Part shown: piece by piece, positions 37,780 to 46,317 of the stretch
Position numbering within the stretch: position 1 is the stretch's first letter
How the letters are laid out: each line of letters starts with the position of its first letter
Source: a virus
DNA length: 64,000 nucleotides
Reading direction: 5' to 3' (one strand)
IMG/VR virus record: IMGVR_UViG_3300037420_001954
Span: 9,836 to 73,835 of that record
Made by a program: the position numbers and the translations under genes
Notes under the pieces: model-generated
The model's input: the letters and a program-made list of their open reading frames with translations, nothing else
Told to the model about the DNA's origin: nothing
The model's database searches: none

Positions 37780-38045
37780 TGACCGACGTAACCGCAAAAG
37801 ACTACCGCATCGTCCTTATCGCCTTGGCCGTGCGCGGCCCGATGGACGAGGCCTTGGGCCAGTTGGACGCCATCCTCGACGCGGGCGCGATCCAAGACGA
37901 CCTGGACAACTACGCAGGCTGCGAGGTCTTGGCCTCGGGCGTGGGCGTCTACTCGAGCGAAGATGGCACGGGCGACTTGGTCACCGAGGTCGCGCAAGCG
38001 GCGGATGACTGGGCCGGTGACGAGCTGGCGAAGGTGGGCGAATGA
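37779..38045 (+). CDS. Hypothetical acidic protein
   Basis: 88 aa, TAATG coupling. Confidence 0.65.
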   Translation: MTDVTAKDYRIVLIALAVRGPMDEALGQLDAILDAGAIQDDLDNYAGCEVLASGVGVYSSEDGTGDLVTEVAQAADDWAGDELAKVGE

Positions 38046-38233
38046 AAACGTGGGAAGAAACGGTGGCGGCGATGCCGCTCGACGAGGCCAAGATCCAGAC
38101 CGCAATCGCCGCCTACAAGGCCATGTGCGGGAGTCTCGACAATGACGTCCATATCGCTTGGACAGATGCCGCCGAGGCTTTGAACGAGCGCGAGAAGATC
38201 GAGCTGAATGCGCGTTTGGTGGCTTTGCCGTGA
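38042..38233 (+). CDS. Hypothetical protein
   Basis: 63 aa, ATGA coupling. Confidence 0.65.
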   Translation: MKTWEETVAAMPLDEAKIQTAIAAYKAMCGSLDNDVHIAWTDAAEALNEREKIELNARLVALP

Positions 38234-38973
38234 GCGCTCCGGTCGAACAACTCATCCGAAACTTCGGCCGTAGGCCCCGTGCACTGGACTTGTTCTGTTG
38301 CGCGGGTGGGGCGTCGCGGGGCTTGGCCGACGCCGGCTTCGAGGTGCACGGTATCGATATCGAGGACCAGCCCGAGTACCCCTACCCGACGCGTTTCACG
38401 CGGGGTTCGGCCTTGGCCGTCGACGTCGAGTACTTGCAGACGTTCGATCTGATCTGGGCATCGCCCCCTTGCCAGAAATTCACCGCGTACAAGCGACGGC
38501 CGGGCCATGTGCTCCCCAGGCTCAATTTCATTCCAGCCACACGAGAGCTCCTCAAAAAGGCAGGCGCGCCTTACATCATCGAGAACGTGACCGGCGCACG
38601 AGCCGAGCTATCGCCCGACGCGGTGACGCTTTGCGGGAGTATGTTTGGCCTCGACGTACGACGCCACCGGTTGTTCGAGTGCTCTTGGCCGATCCACAAG
38701 TCCGAGCGCCCCAAGTGCCGGCACGCGCTCCAAAAGCCGGGCCGATTTCCAGGCGCCACGAACCGCGCGCCGAACAGCCGTGCCACGGTCGAGGTGGGCG
38801 TTTGGCGGATCCCGCTCGACGTCCAGCGGAAGGCCATGGGTATCGATTGGATGAGCCTGGAGAAGCTTTCGCAGGCGATCCCTCCCGCGTACTCGGAGTG
38901 GCTCGGCAAGAGCGCCTTGGCCTATATCCAGCGAACAAGTACCGAGCAACAGGTTGCTGGCCGAGTCACATAA
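38230..38973 (+). CDS. Short DNA (cytosine-5)-methyltransferase
   Basis: LDLFCCAGG (motif I), ASPPCQ (catalytic PC), IIENV (motif VI), RRHRLF; start GTG 38230. Confidence 0.88.
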   Translation: MSAPVEQLIRNFGRRPRALDLFCCAGGASRGLADAGFEVHGIDIEDQPEYPYPTRFTRGSALAVDVEYLQTFDLIWASPPCQKFTAYKRRPGHVLPRLNFIPATRELLKKAGAPYIIENVTGARAELSPDAVTLCGSMFGLDVRRHRLFECSWPIHKSERPKCRHALQKPGRFPGATNRAPNSRATVEVGVWRIPLDVQRKAMGIDWMSLEKLSQAIPPAYSEWLGKSALAYIQRTSTEQQVAGRVT

Positions 38974-39006
38974 ACGCACCGAAGCGGAGTAAGGGAGAAC
39001 GATAAC

Positions 39007-39324
39007 ATGGGTTTTTGTAGCGGCGACAATGACGAGGACGACAAGGTTTGGCACGCGGCCTGGGATCACGCGCCCGCCGAGCTGACCGATAGCGGCAAGG
39101 ACTTGTTCGCGGACGGCGCGAAGTGGGGCGCCGAGTATGCGCTCAAGGCCGTGCTGGGGCTGTTCTCCAAGCACGGCCAGGCGGAGAGCATCTTCCTCAC
39201 GCCCCAGCCGGAGCACTACGTCTACACGTTCACGATCCTGGACGCGTTGGCGGAACAAGGTATCGCCACGAAGGACGAGCTAGGGGCTTGGTTCAACGCG
39301 GCGCAAGAGGCAAACGGGCGATGA
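39007..39324 (+). CDS. Hypothetical protein
   Basis: 105 aa, GGAGA upstream. Confidence 0.65.
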   Translation: MGFCSGDNDEDDKVWHAAWDHAPAELTDSGKDLFADGAKWGAEYALKAVLGLFSKHGQAESIFLTPQPEHYVYTFTILDALAEQGIATKDELGAWFNAAQEANGR

Positions 39325-39512
39325 GCAACAACGTAAAGATTTCAGTGAACGCGACTCCGCACAGAGACACGGCCAACAGCTACCCGATACCGGTGACGTT
39401 CGAAGCGTCGCCAGATGGCGAGTGGGTGGTCTTGGACGTGCGCGAGCCGGAACGAACCTTGACGTTCACCCGCGCCGCTTGGGACCGCATCGTAGCGGCA
39501 TTGAAGCTATGA
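39321..39512 (+). CDS. Hypothetical protein
   Basis: ATGA coupling; 63 aa. Confidence 0.6.
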   Translation: MSNNVKISVNATPHRDTANSYPIPVTFEASPDGEWVVLDVREPERTLTFTRAAWDRIVAALKL

Positions 39513-39817
39513 GCTACCTAGTCAGCGAGCGAGGGCACCCACTCTTGCTCCAACGCCTACCGCGCTCAGGTGAGCGACCCGTCGTCACGGTCGAGTGCTA
39601 CGAGAAGTGGTACCACCTCTACCTCGTCTACAAGATCCACGACGAACTTGCCGTCGAAGCAACGCCGTTCCCCGAGCACGACACCCTTACTCCGTACATC
39701 GACCACGTGCCTAACCCGGCGGTCGTGAAGGCGTGGGCTGAGTCCAAGGGGTACTACCTCGACGAGCTGGCCTACCAGATGATGATCGGGCGCTGGGAAT
39801 TGGCTAGGGAGGAATGA
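39509..39817 (+). CDS. Hypothetical protein
   Basis: ATGA coupling; 102 aa. Confidence 0.6.
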   Translation: MSYLVSERGHPLLLQRLPRSGERPVVTVECYEKWYHLYLVYKIHDELAVEATPFPEHDTLTPYIDHVPNPAVVKAWAESKGYYLDELAYQMMIGRWELAREE

Positions 39818-40218
39818 CGGAAGACACGCCCGAGTGGCTTGAGTTGATCGAACTCGCCCGGCAGGCTTCGGTACGACCGGTTTACGAGCCGGCCTTGGAC
39901 GTGCTCACGGATCGGCTGCTCGAGTTGGGCCTCATCAAGCCGCTCTTCCACAGCCCCAAAAACAAGAAACGCGTCCAGCGACAACTACGTCGGGACGCGC
40001 TCAAGTGGGCCGATGCGGTTCACCCGCCTCGGCTTCAGTGGGGGATCTACGTCAATGGCGTGCTGTTGGAGTTGGGCTACGACACTGAGACCGCGGTGTT
40101 GGGCTACTACACTGAGACCGCCGCGTTGAGCCCTGGCCGACTCCGTGTGTCGCAAATAGACGAGCCGTCGCGCACTCGAGCCTATCGGGGTGAAAGGTCA
40201 ACTCTTCGATGGCCGTGA
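39814..40218 (+). CDS. Hypothetical protein
   Basis: 134 aa; GGAGG RBS; last gene of the + block. Confidence 0.55.
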   Translation: MTEDTPEWLELIELARQASVRPVYEPALDVLTDRLLELGLIKPLFHSPKNKKRVQRQLRRDALKWADAVHPPRLQWGIYVNGVLLELGYDTETAVLGYYTETAALSPGRLRVSQIDEPSRTRAYRGERSTLRWP

Positions 40219-40341
40219 CCTTGAAGCCTGCCTGGGCGTAGCGCCTGGCGTCGCGCTCGTCGAGTAGCAGCCGCACGCCCAGGCTGGAGCAAGGCAGACC
40301 GTAAACCAGCCACTTGGGCGTGTTCTCGGGCGTGGCGTCGT

Positions 40342-40638
40342 TCAAGGCTCGAACTCGACTCGGATCTTGGTGCCGTAGGGGTTGTCTTGGAGGTGCTTAG
40401 ACAACCGAAGGGCCATCTCCCCATACGCTCGAAACGTGAAAACGCCCTCCCAAGGAGTCATAGCCAAAACTTGCCCGCTCCAATCACGCATCAAGGGCTC
40501 GCGGTCGATTCGCCAATCGGTGAATTGGGCCACGGCCTCGACCGCAATCGGCTCGGGCTTGGGTGGCGACCACAGGCCCAGGGACTTGGCCCTAGTCTCG
40601 TCGCGCCAACGGTCTTCGGGTGCTTGGTACGTCATCAC
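40342..40638 (-). CDS. Hypothetical protein
   Basis: 98 aa, coupled minus-strand block. Confidence 0.6.
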   Translation of the reverse strand: MMTYQAPEDRWRDETRAKSLGLWSPPKPEPIAVEAVAQFTDWRIDREPLMRDWSGQVLAMTPWEGVFTFRAYGEMALRLSKHLQDNPYGTKIRVEFEP

Positions 40639-40892
40639 GCCGCCTCCGACTGACCAATCAGGTGGTCGTAACGACGCCGAAGGTCGTCTACTGGCATCGT
40701 GTTGGCGACTACGCGCGTTTCGATGAAGTGGTGCTTACACAGGTACTCCGCTGCGAATCGCTCCGCGTCCCGAAGGACGTCAAAGTGTCCTCGCTCGATT
40801 GCATGCCACGGCCCAGGCGGGTGGTACATACCCTCGCCGACTGTGCGGTACTCGGCGGTGAATAGCATTGTTCGTGTTTCCGTCCACATCAC
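40635..40892 (-). CDS. Hypothetical protein
   Basis: 85 aa, coupled. Confidence 0.6.
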   Translation of the reverse strand: MMWTETRTMLFTAEYRTVGEGMYHPPGPWHAIERGHFDVLRDAERFAAEYLCKHHFIETRVVANTMPVDDLRRRYDHLIGQSEAA

Positions 40893-41086
40893 GCCGCCTT
40901 GCCTGGGGCAAAAACGATCTCGGTGATGATTCGACCGAGCCCAAGGTCTTCGAACTCGTTATTCACGCTGGTCACGATCGTCCTCCCGTCCGGCAAACTC
41001 TGAGTCATCGAGCGGATACCGGGCTTAGGCATAGGCTCGCGGTCGTCCCACCCGTGGATGTCAAGCATTTGTAGGAGGCACATCAC
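40889..41086 (-). CDS. Hypothetical protein
   Basis: 65 aa, coupled. Confidence 0.55.
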   Translation of the reverse strand: MMCLLQMLDIHGWDDREPMPKPGIRSMTQSLPDGRTIVTSVNNEFEDLGLGRIITEIVFAPGKAA

Positions 41087-41670
41087 GCCGCCTCCAGTTG
41101 CCCGCTCGTGCCCGCATCCCGCGTCGACGCCCGTGCGAGCTTGTCCAGATGCGCCCGTGCGCGGTCGAAGGCCGATTTGACCTTCACGTCTAGCGTCGCC
41201 TTCTTTTCGTGAGTCGCCACAAGAGCGCTCGGGTTCAAGAGCTCGGCCCAGGCCTGGTTACGGAGTTCCCACTCGCCGTGTTTGGCGACCGTCCGACGGC
41301 AAATCGCCACCAAGCGGTCGATGCCCCCTTGGGCCTCGTTCAACGACGCCTCAGAAAGCGACCGGCGAACTCGACGACGGGACTTGGCCTCTTTCTGCGC
41401 GGCCTTGGCTTTCGCTTGGGCTTTGGCGAGAGGCTTGAGGGGGCCAAACGGCCTCGGCTTTAGCTCGAGGGGCTCGACACGCTCGGCGCCCGTGCCGTAG
41501 CACTCGGCCAGCCACTCCGACTGCTGATCGATTTGCGGGTTCGACTCGTTGACTCGCTTGAGGTGGCGGCGCTCGATCTCGAGTTCGATCATCGGCCCGC
41601 ACTCGGGGCACTCGCGCCAGCCGCAGCCGTAGTTGTAAACGGGAGTCCAGGGGATATACGTAATGGCCAT
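41083..41670 (-). CDS. Hypothetical protein with CxxC
   Basis: Start re-called at ATG 41670; ECPECG; basic central region. Confidence 0.6.
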   Translation of the reverse strand: MAITYIPWTPVYNYGCGWRECPECGPMIELEIERRHLKRVNESNPQIDQQSEWLAECYGTGAERVEPLELKPRPFGPLKPLAKAQAKAKAAQKEAKSRRRVRRSLSEASLNEAQGGIDRLVAICRRTVAKHGEWELRNQAWAELLNPSALVATHEKKATLDVKVKSAFDRARAHLDKLARASTRDAGTSGQLEAA

Positions 41671-41676
41671 TATCTT

Positions 41677-41905
41677 TTCAGCAGTGACAGTCGCCGCGCG
41701 CGGGGTTGTGAAATACGCAGCCCGGCGAGCACGCGTGGTATTCGTCACCGAGCGTGATGCGTTCGAGGAACGCGGCCATGAGGCTTTCGATGGTGAACGG
41801 CAACGTCGGCAGTTTGAGTTCCGGATTGAAGTCGTCCGGCGTTTCGATGCTGATGGGCGGCAAGGTAGGAAGTTCCATTCAGCAGCGACAGTCGCCGCGC
41901 GCGGG
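41677..41905. repeat. 28-bp direct repeat (1 mismatch) at two successive gene junctions
   Basis: TTCAGCAGYGACAGTCGCCGCGCGCGGG at 41677-41704 and 41878-41905. Confidence 0.85.
41678..41878 (-). CDS. Hypothetical protein
   Basis: 66 aa; ends PARGDCHC. Confidence 0.5.
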   Translation of the reverse strand: MELPTLPPISIETPDDFNPELKLPTLPFTIESLMAAFLERITLGDEYHACSPGCVFHNPARGDCHC

Positions 41906-42220
41906 TAGCTGAATGATCGCGCTGAAATCGGTGTGCGGATACGCGGCCCGGAGCACGTCACATAAGCGATTCGTGATTCCAACCAGCGTCGGGTCGTTGG
42001 CTTGGCGCGTTATGGGTGCGTGTTGGTATTCGGCGTAGATAAGCCGCATCGCCGCCAGCGCAAACTCGTTATTCACCCGTAGCCAGTCGCGGTCCGCCGC
42101 TCGGCGCGGGTGCACGTTGAGCGTGTGTCGCGTGTGATCGAACGAGACGTCGAAGATGACCCGCGGCTTCTCCCCGTAGGTAGTGAATACCGGCATCACG
42201 TAATGCACGTCACCCATCAA
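41879..42220 (-). CDS. Hypothetical protein
   Basis: 113 aa; ends PARGDCRC. Confidence 0.6.
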   Translation of the reverse strand: MMGDVHYVMPVFTTYGEKPRVIFDVSFDHTRHTLNVHPRRAADRDWLRVNNEFALAAMRLIYAEYQHAPITRQANDPTLVGITNRLCDVLRAAYPHTDFSAIIQLPARGDCRC

Positions 42221-42546
42221 GCCGCCAGCTCCACGACGATCGCGTCGCCAGGGAAGTTATCCCGCAAGCGGTCTCTAAAATACGACGCCACGGACTCGGC
42301 CGTGTGCTCGTGGTCGGCGAGTTCGCGCTCCCAGGTCTCGAGGGCACGACCTCGGTAAATCGGCCGATCGTTGATATAGGCCTCGAGCAGGTCGACGATA
42401 AAGCCAAGCGCGTGCTGGCGGCCGGGTTTCGATCGGGCCCAGACCTGCGTGTCGTGGTCGGCGTTGAGGTCGAGCCTCGGCGGGGCGCTAACGGGCATAT
42501 CGTGCGGTCGATATTCGACGGTGAATTTACGCTCGGTGCTGGTCAT
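42217..42546 (-). CDS. Hypothetical protein
   Basis: 109 aa, coupled. Confidence 0.65.
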   Translation of the reverse strand: MTSTERKFTVEYRPHDMPVSAPPRLDLNADHDTQVWARSKPGRQHALGFIVDLLEAYINDRPIYRGRALETWERELADHEHTAESVASYFRDRLRDNFPGDAIVVELAA

Positions 42547-42552
42547 AGAACC

Positions 42553-42840
42553 TCAGGCTGGGCACGTGTCGGGCTGCCCGTCGTAGTCGCCCATGCACAA
42601 GCACGGGCCTTTATGTGTCGGCGGCAAGTAGCAAGTCGAGCCGCAGTCCATCGGCTTCTCGCAAACAGGCGTCGTGTGCCGGAAAGGGGCCTTGAGGCGC
42701 GCCTTCAGGTAATCAAAGAACTGCCCACGAGCCTGGATGACCTCGCCGGCAGACATGCCATAGAACGCACCCAGGTCAGGGAACGGGTCCCAAGGGTCGG
42801 TCACGTGCGGGTGCTGGGCGGGCATCAAGTGCCCCCACAA
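42553..42840 (-). CDS. Hypothetical Cys-rich protein
   Basis: 95 aa with C-terminal Cys/His cluster; start uncertain. Confidence 0.5.
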   Translation of the reverse strand: MWGHLMPAQHPHVTDPWDPFPDLGAFYGMSAGEVIQARGQFFDYLKARLKAPFRHTTPVCEKPMDCGSTCYLPPTHKGPCLCMGDYDGQPDTCPA

Positions 42841-43373
42841 CGCGTGCGGCCAAGCGCGAATAGGCCAATGCCGATCGCGTCCATCATGTTGTGTCGCTTC
42901 GATGGCGCCATGCCCGCGGCGACCTCGGCCACGAGTGCGCGCTCGTTCGGCCCTAGGTGCCCCCAGATGCGCTGGTGGTGGACGTTCTTAACGACCGAGC
43001 CCTTCCACTCCCAAGGCTCGTAGTACGTGACCTTCGCGGCCGGGGTGTTCGGGTCCGCGGGGTATCGGTACGGGCCGACGGCCTCACCCGCACGGATCGC
43101 CAGGGTGATGATGTCGCTCGTCGGGACCTTCGAGTGCGGGTAGATTTTCGGGCGCTCGCCGAAGACCTCGACGATGTGCTCGTCGCCGGCCGGAACGGGG
43201 GCTGGGAGCGGGGCACGCTTCGACCGCACGCCGCACGCCACGAGGGCGCCGTGGCCTCGCTTGGGGGCGCTGGGGGCCGCTGCTAGGCCCTTCGGTACGA
43301 CGAAGGCCTCGGCCTCGGGGTCGAATAGTGCCCAGCCCGTATCGGCGCCTGGGTCGAGTCCAAGAATCCTCAC
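42825..43373 (-). CDS. RuvC-like Holliday junction resolvase
   Basis: ILGLDPGADTGW, VFGERP and HNMMDAIGIG acidic catalytic motifs; GTG 43373. Confidence 0.82.
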   Translation of the reverse strand: MRILGLDPGADTGWALFDPEAEAFVVPKGLAAAPSAPKRGHGALVACGVRSKRAPLPAPVPAGDEHIVEVFGERPKIYPHSKVPTSDIITLAIRAGEAVGPYRYPADPNTPAAKVTYYEPWEWKGSVVKNVHHQRIWGHLGPNERALVAEVAAGMAPSKRHNMMDAIGIGLFALGRTRCGGT

Positions 43374-43508
43374 CCACAATATATCCGCCGCGGCCAGGCT
43401 CAGTGCTTTGTGGCCGAGCACGGCGGCCGTCTGGCGTCAAGGCCTAGTGCGCCAACCTCCTATGACGCACCGACTAGTGTCACTCAACGAATGCCACTAG
43501 CTACACGT

Positions 43509-43698
43509 ACGCGGGCGCCCCCTATAAGGGGGCCCGCGTGTACTAGTCTCGGGTACGAAAAGTCACTGTAATTGTGTAACTGCCCGTAATGATTCAGATA
43601 TACCCGTTCCCGTACCCGTACCCGAGGTCGGGTACGGCGGGTACGATCGGGTACGATCCCTATTTTGCTATGGTACGGTGCGGGTACGAACGGGTACG
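43509..43698. other. Putative phage replication origin (hairpin plus iterons)
   Basis: Six CGGGTACG copies (43550, 43629, 43638, 43648, 43681, 43691), two inverted copies (43611, 43617), a CCCCCT-ATA-AGGGGG hairpin and an AT-richer spacer; lies at the 3' end of the primase-helicase gene. Confidence 0.65.
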
Positions 43699-43737
43699 GC
43701 CTATGTCCATGGGGTTTCATGCAATTGACGCGTGGTG

Positions 43738-45972
43738 TCAATTGGCCCTCGGAAGGTAGCCGCCAGGCGCTGTAGGGCCGGACGAAATGCGGGGCACGAT
43801 CACACCTTCACGGACCATCTGCTCGACCCACTGGGTCGTCACGGACGCGGCGGCGGCGAGCTGTGCCGGAGACTTCCAACGGTCGAAACGGGTCACCTGC
43901 TCAAGCACGCGGGCGTTCCGGCGCTCTGGCGACTCCAGCACGTAGCCGACGTCCTTGATCTTGACGACCTGGCCAGCCTCTTTCAAAGCGTCGAGTTCTG
44001 CGCAGACCGTAGCCCGACGGCCGCCCGTGCGCGCGAGCACCTTATCCTTGGTCAAGATCGGCCCGTCCTGAAGCGCCGCCAAGATACGCCGACGCACCTC
44101 GGCCTCGTGCAAGTCTTCGCCGCCTGCGCCCGCGGCCCCGCCGTCGTTGGCTGACCCCGATTCGCCACGAGCGAACTCGGCCTCGACGATTTCCGCCAGC
44201 TTCGCTACGTCGTCGAACCGGACCTCAGCCGCAAACGGCAGTGGCAGCACCATGTCGCCTGGCTTGTGGCACTTCACTTCGACGCGCTTGAGCTGAGGCG
44301 AGGCCTCGTCTTTATCCACCTGGCGCACCGCATACGCGAAGTCGCACTGGTCGATGATGGCCTGGGCGCCGCGAGGGGTCGGCCAGCCGTCGCCGTCCGT
44401 GGACTTCTTCGTGTGGTGGATAAACACCACGGTCGGGTTCACCCTGCCGTTCGACACGCGAAGGCACGTCTCCGTGAACGCGGACGCGTGCTCGAGGGGC
44501 CGGATCGCTTCCGAGTTGTCGTTCTCGTTCGCGCCAGGGTTCGCCATACGCAGCGAGTCCACGACCACGAAGTCCACGTCGTCTTCGGCGAGCTTCGCCC
44601 AGAACTCGGCCTCGTTGGGCTTCTCACACCGGGGGAACGCCACCGCGCCTAGATTCCGGAGCGAGCCAGCGCGGAGCATATAAAGCCGGCGACGCAAGTT
44701 CGTCGAGCCAGTCTCGTAGTCGACGATCGCGACCTTGAGCCGTCTTCCTTCGGCGTCCACTTTGACGCGCCGCCCGAGCCAGTGCTCACCCCGCGCGACG
44801 GCAATCGCCAACGAGAACATAAGCCACGTCTTGAGCGAATCGGCCTCGCCGTAGAACATCCCGACGGCGCCGACAGGCACGAGACCATCGACCACGAACT
44901 CGACGGGCGGCGGCTCGCTATCCCAACCGCCGAACTGGAGGCCGATACCGCCCGCGGCACCTAGCGCCGCGCCGGCTGGGAGTGCCGCCTCGATGGCCTC
45001 GAGATCGAGCTCGTGAGGGTCCTGCGCAGGGCCGGTGCCGAGCAACTCGGCCAAGCGGGCACCAGCGGGTCGTGCGGGGTTCGGTGGCGGCTCGATGCGC
45101 GGTCGGATGGACGTGGTCTTCGCGCTGGTGGCCTTATGCACGACGCGCTCGAAAAGGGCCTCGCCCCACGGCGGTTGGCACCTCGGGTCGAAGTGCTCTT
45201 CGACGAGTTCGAGTACGTCGTCGACGGGGAGCGCCAAGTCGTACGCGCCGCGCTGGACCGCCTTGAACAAGGCCTCGTCGCCTCCGTGATAAGCGATGGA
45301 AGGCTCGGCCTCGTTGGCGAGGTAGTCGGCGTATAGTTCGCGACGGTACTCGAGTTCGTCGGGGTCGGTGACGTCGCCGTCGTAGCGCTGGGTCGTGTCC
45401 GGCCGTTCGGAGGCTCGCGCCTCGAACCAAGTGACCAGCCACCTCGGCATCGGCGCGGGCGGGGTGTCCTCATCGCTCAAGAGCACGTAGCGCGCGTCGG
45501 GCGACGACTTGTGTGGCGACCCCTCGACGACGGCCAAGCCGTTGTGCCCGCGGATGTCGATGTGTGGGCCTAGTTTCGATCGTGAGTTACGGACGTCGAG
45601 GCCGGGCTCGCACTGGAAGTAGAGCTGGTATCGGTCCGTGCCGCCACCTGTGCCCACCATGCGGGTGTCCAGCTCGGGCTCGCCGCTCGCCGCGTGCATC
45701 GCATCCCACGCTTCGACCGCTTCGGTCCCGTCCAGGTCCACGACGATGACGTCGGAGCCGAGCGGGTGTGGGCCCGTTTTGATGGCGACACCTGCACCGG
45801 GTACGGGCTCGGGTACCTCGTCGCCGTACTTTAGATCGCGAAACTCCGGCACCGCGGCGTGTTTCCCGATCCGGACGCAGTCGACGCCGCGAGGGCAGCC
45901 GCAGCGGGGCGTGTTCGTCAGCGGGTCGAAGTGGATCGGGTAGAGAGGGACGGGTACCGGACGAGAGATCAC
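43738..45972 (-). CDS. Bifunctional primase-polymerase (Prim-Pol) fused to AAA_25/RepA-type helicase
   Basis: CGC...C...GKH, VIVVDLDG, QLYF, IDIRG; GEADSLKT (Walker A), VVVDSLR (Walker B), FIHHTKK, RGAQA; start re-called at GTG 45972. Confidence 0.9.
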   Translation of the reverse strand: MISRPVPVPLYPIHFDPLTNTPRCGCPRGVDCVRIGKHAAVPEFRDLKYGDEVPEPVPGAGVAIKTGPHPLGSDVIVVDLDGTEAVEAWDAMHAASGEPELDTRMVGTGGGTDRYQLYFQCEPGLDVRNSRSKLGPHIDIRGHNGLAVVEGSPHKSSPDARYVLLSDEDTPPAPMPRWLVTWFEARASERPDTTQRYDGDVTDPDELEYRRELYADYLANEAEPSIAYHGGDEALFKAVQRGAYDLALPVDDVLELVEEHFDPRCQPPWGEALFERVVHKATSAKTTSIRPRIEPPPNPARPAGARLAELLGTGPAQDPHELDLEAIEAALPAGAALGAAGGIGLQFGGWDSEPPPVEFVVDGLVPVGAVGMFYGEADSLKTWLMFSLAIAVARGEHWLGRRVKVDAEGRRLKVAIVDYETGSTNLRRRLYMLRAGSLRNLGAVAFPRCEKPNEAEFWAKLAEDDVDFVVVDSLRMANPGANENDNSEAIRPLEHASAFTETCLRVSNGRVNPTVVFIHHTKKSTDGDGWPTPRGAQAIIDQCDFAYAVRQVDKDEASPQLKRVEVKCHKPGDMVLPLPFAAEVRFDDVAKLAEIVEAEFARGESGSANDGGAAGAGGEDLHEAEVRRRILAALQDGPILTKDKVLARTGGRRATVCAELDALKEAGQVVKIKDVGYVLESPERRNARVLEQVTRFDRWKSPAQLAAAASVTTQWVEQMVREGVIVPRISSGPTAPGGYLPRAN

Positions 45973-46047
45973 GTTCGTATATCCGCCGTATCGAGAACGA
46001 GTGCCAGGCGCCAAGCACGACTCGAAGACACGGCGGATATACGAGAC
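45973..46047. promoter_or_regulatory. Divergent pair of GCA-N16-CGGATATAC promoter-like motifs
   Basis: One copy on each strand, each ending 4-5 nt before a start codon (45972 and 46048). Confidence 0.7.
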
Positions 46048-46317
46048 ATGAACGATTCGATCTTCTCCACGGTCTCGACCAACACCAACACGACCAAGCG
46101 CACCAGCAAGCCGCGCGCCCCGAAGACGCTCTTCGCGCTCGTCGATGAGTACGGTATCTGCGATACCGCCCCGAAGAAGGCGGACCTGGTTCGGTACGCG
46201 GGTGACGGCGACAAGATCGTCAAGTACACGCTCGCGCCCGTCGTCGCGAAGGCCAAGAAGGCGTCGGCGAAGACCGCGCGCAAGTCCACGCGTAAGGGTA
46301 CGAAGCAGGGCCAGTGA
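46048..46317 (+). CDS. Small basic (Lys-rich) protein
   Basis: 89 aa; AKAKKASAKTARK histone-like tail. Confidence 0.7.
   Translation: MNDSIFSTVSTNTNTTKRTSKPRAPKTLFALVDEYGICDTAPKKADLVRYAGDGDKIVKYTLAPVVAKAKKASAKTARKSTRKGTKQGQ

Noticed and set aside
41678-42220. RGD integrin-binding motif in two proteins
   Set aside because: It arises from a shared DNA repeat in apparently cytoplasmic phage proteins; nothing supports a eukaryotic target.
43484-43741. 85-aa ORF over the iteron region
   Set aside because: Its low-complexity translation is produced by the CGGGTACG repeats; better explained as non-coding.
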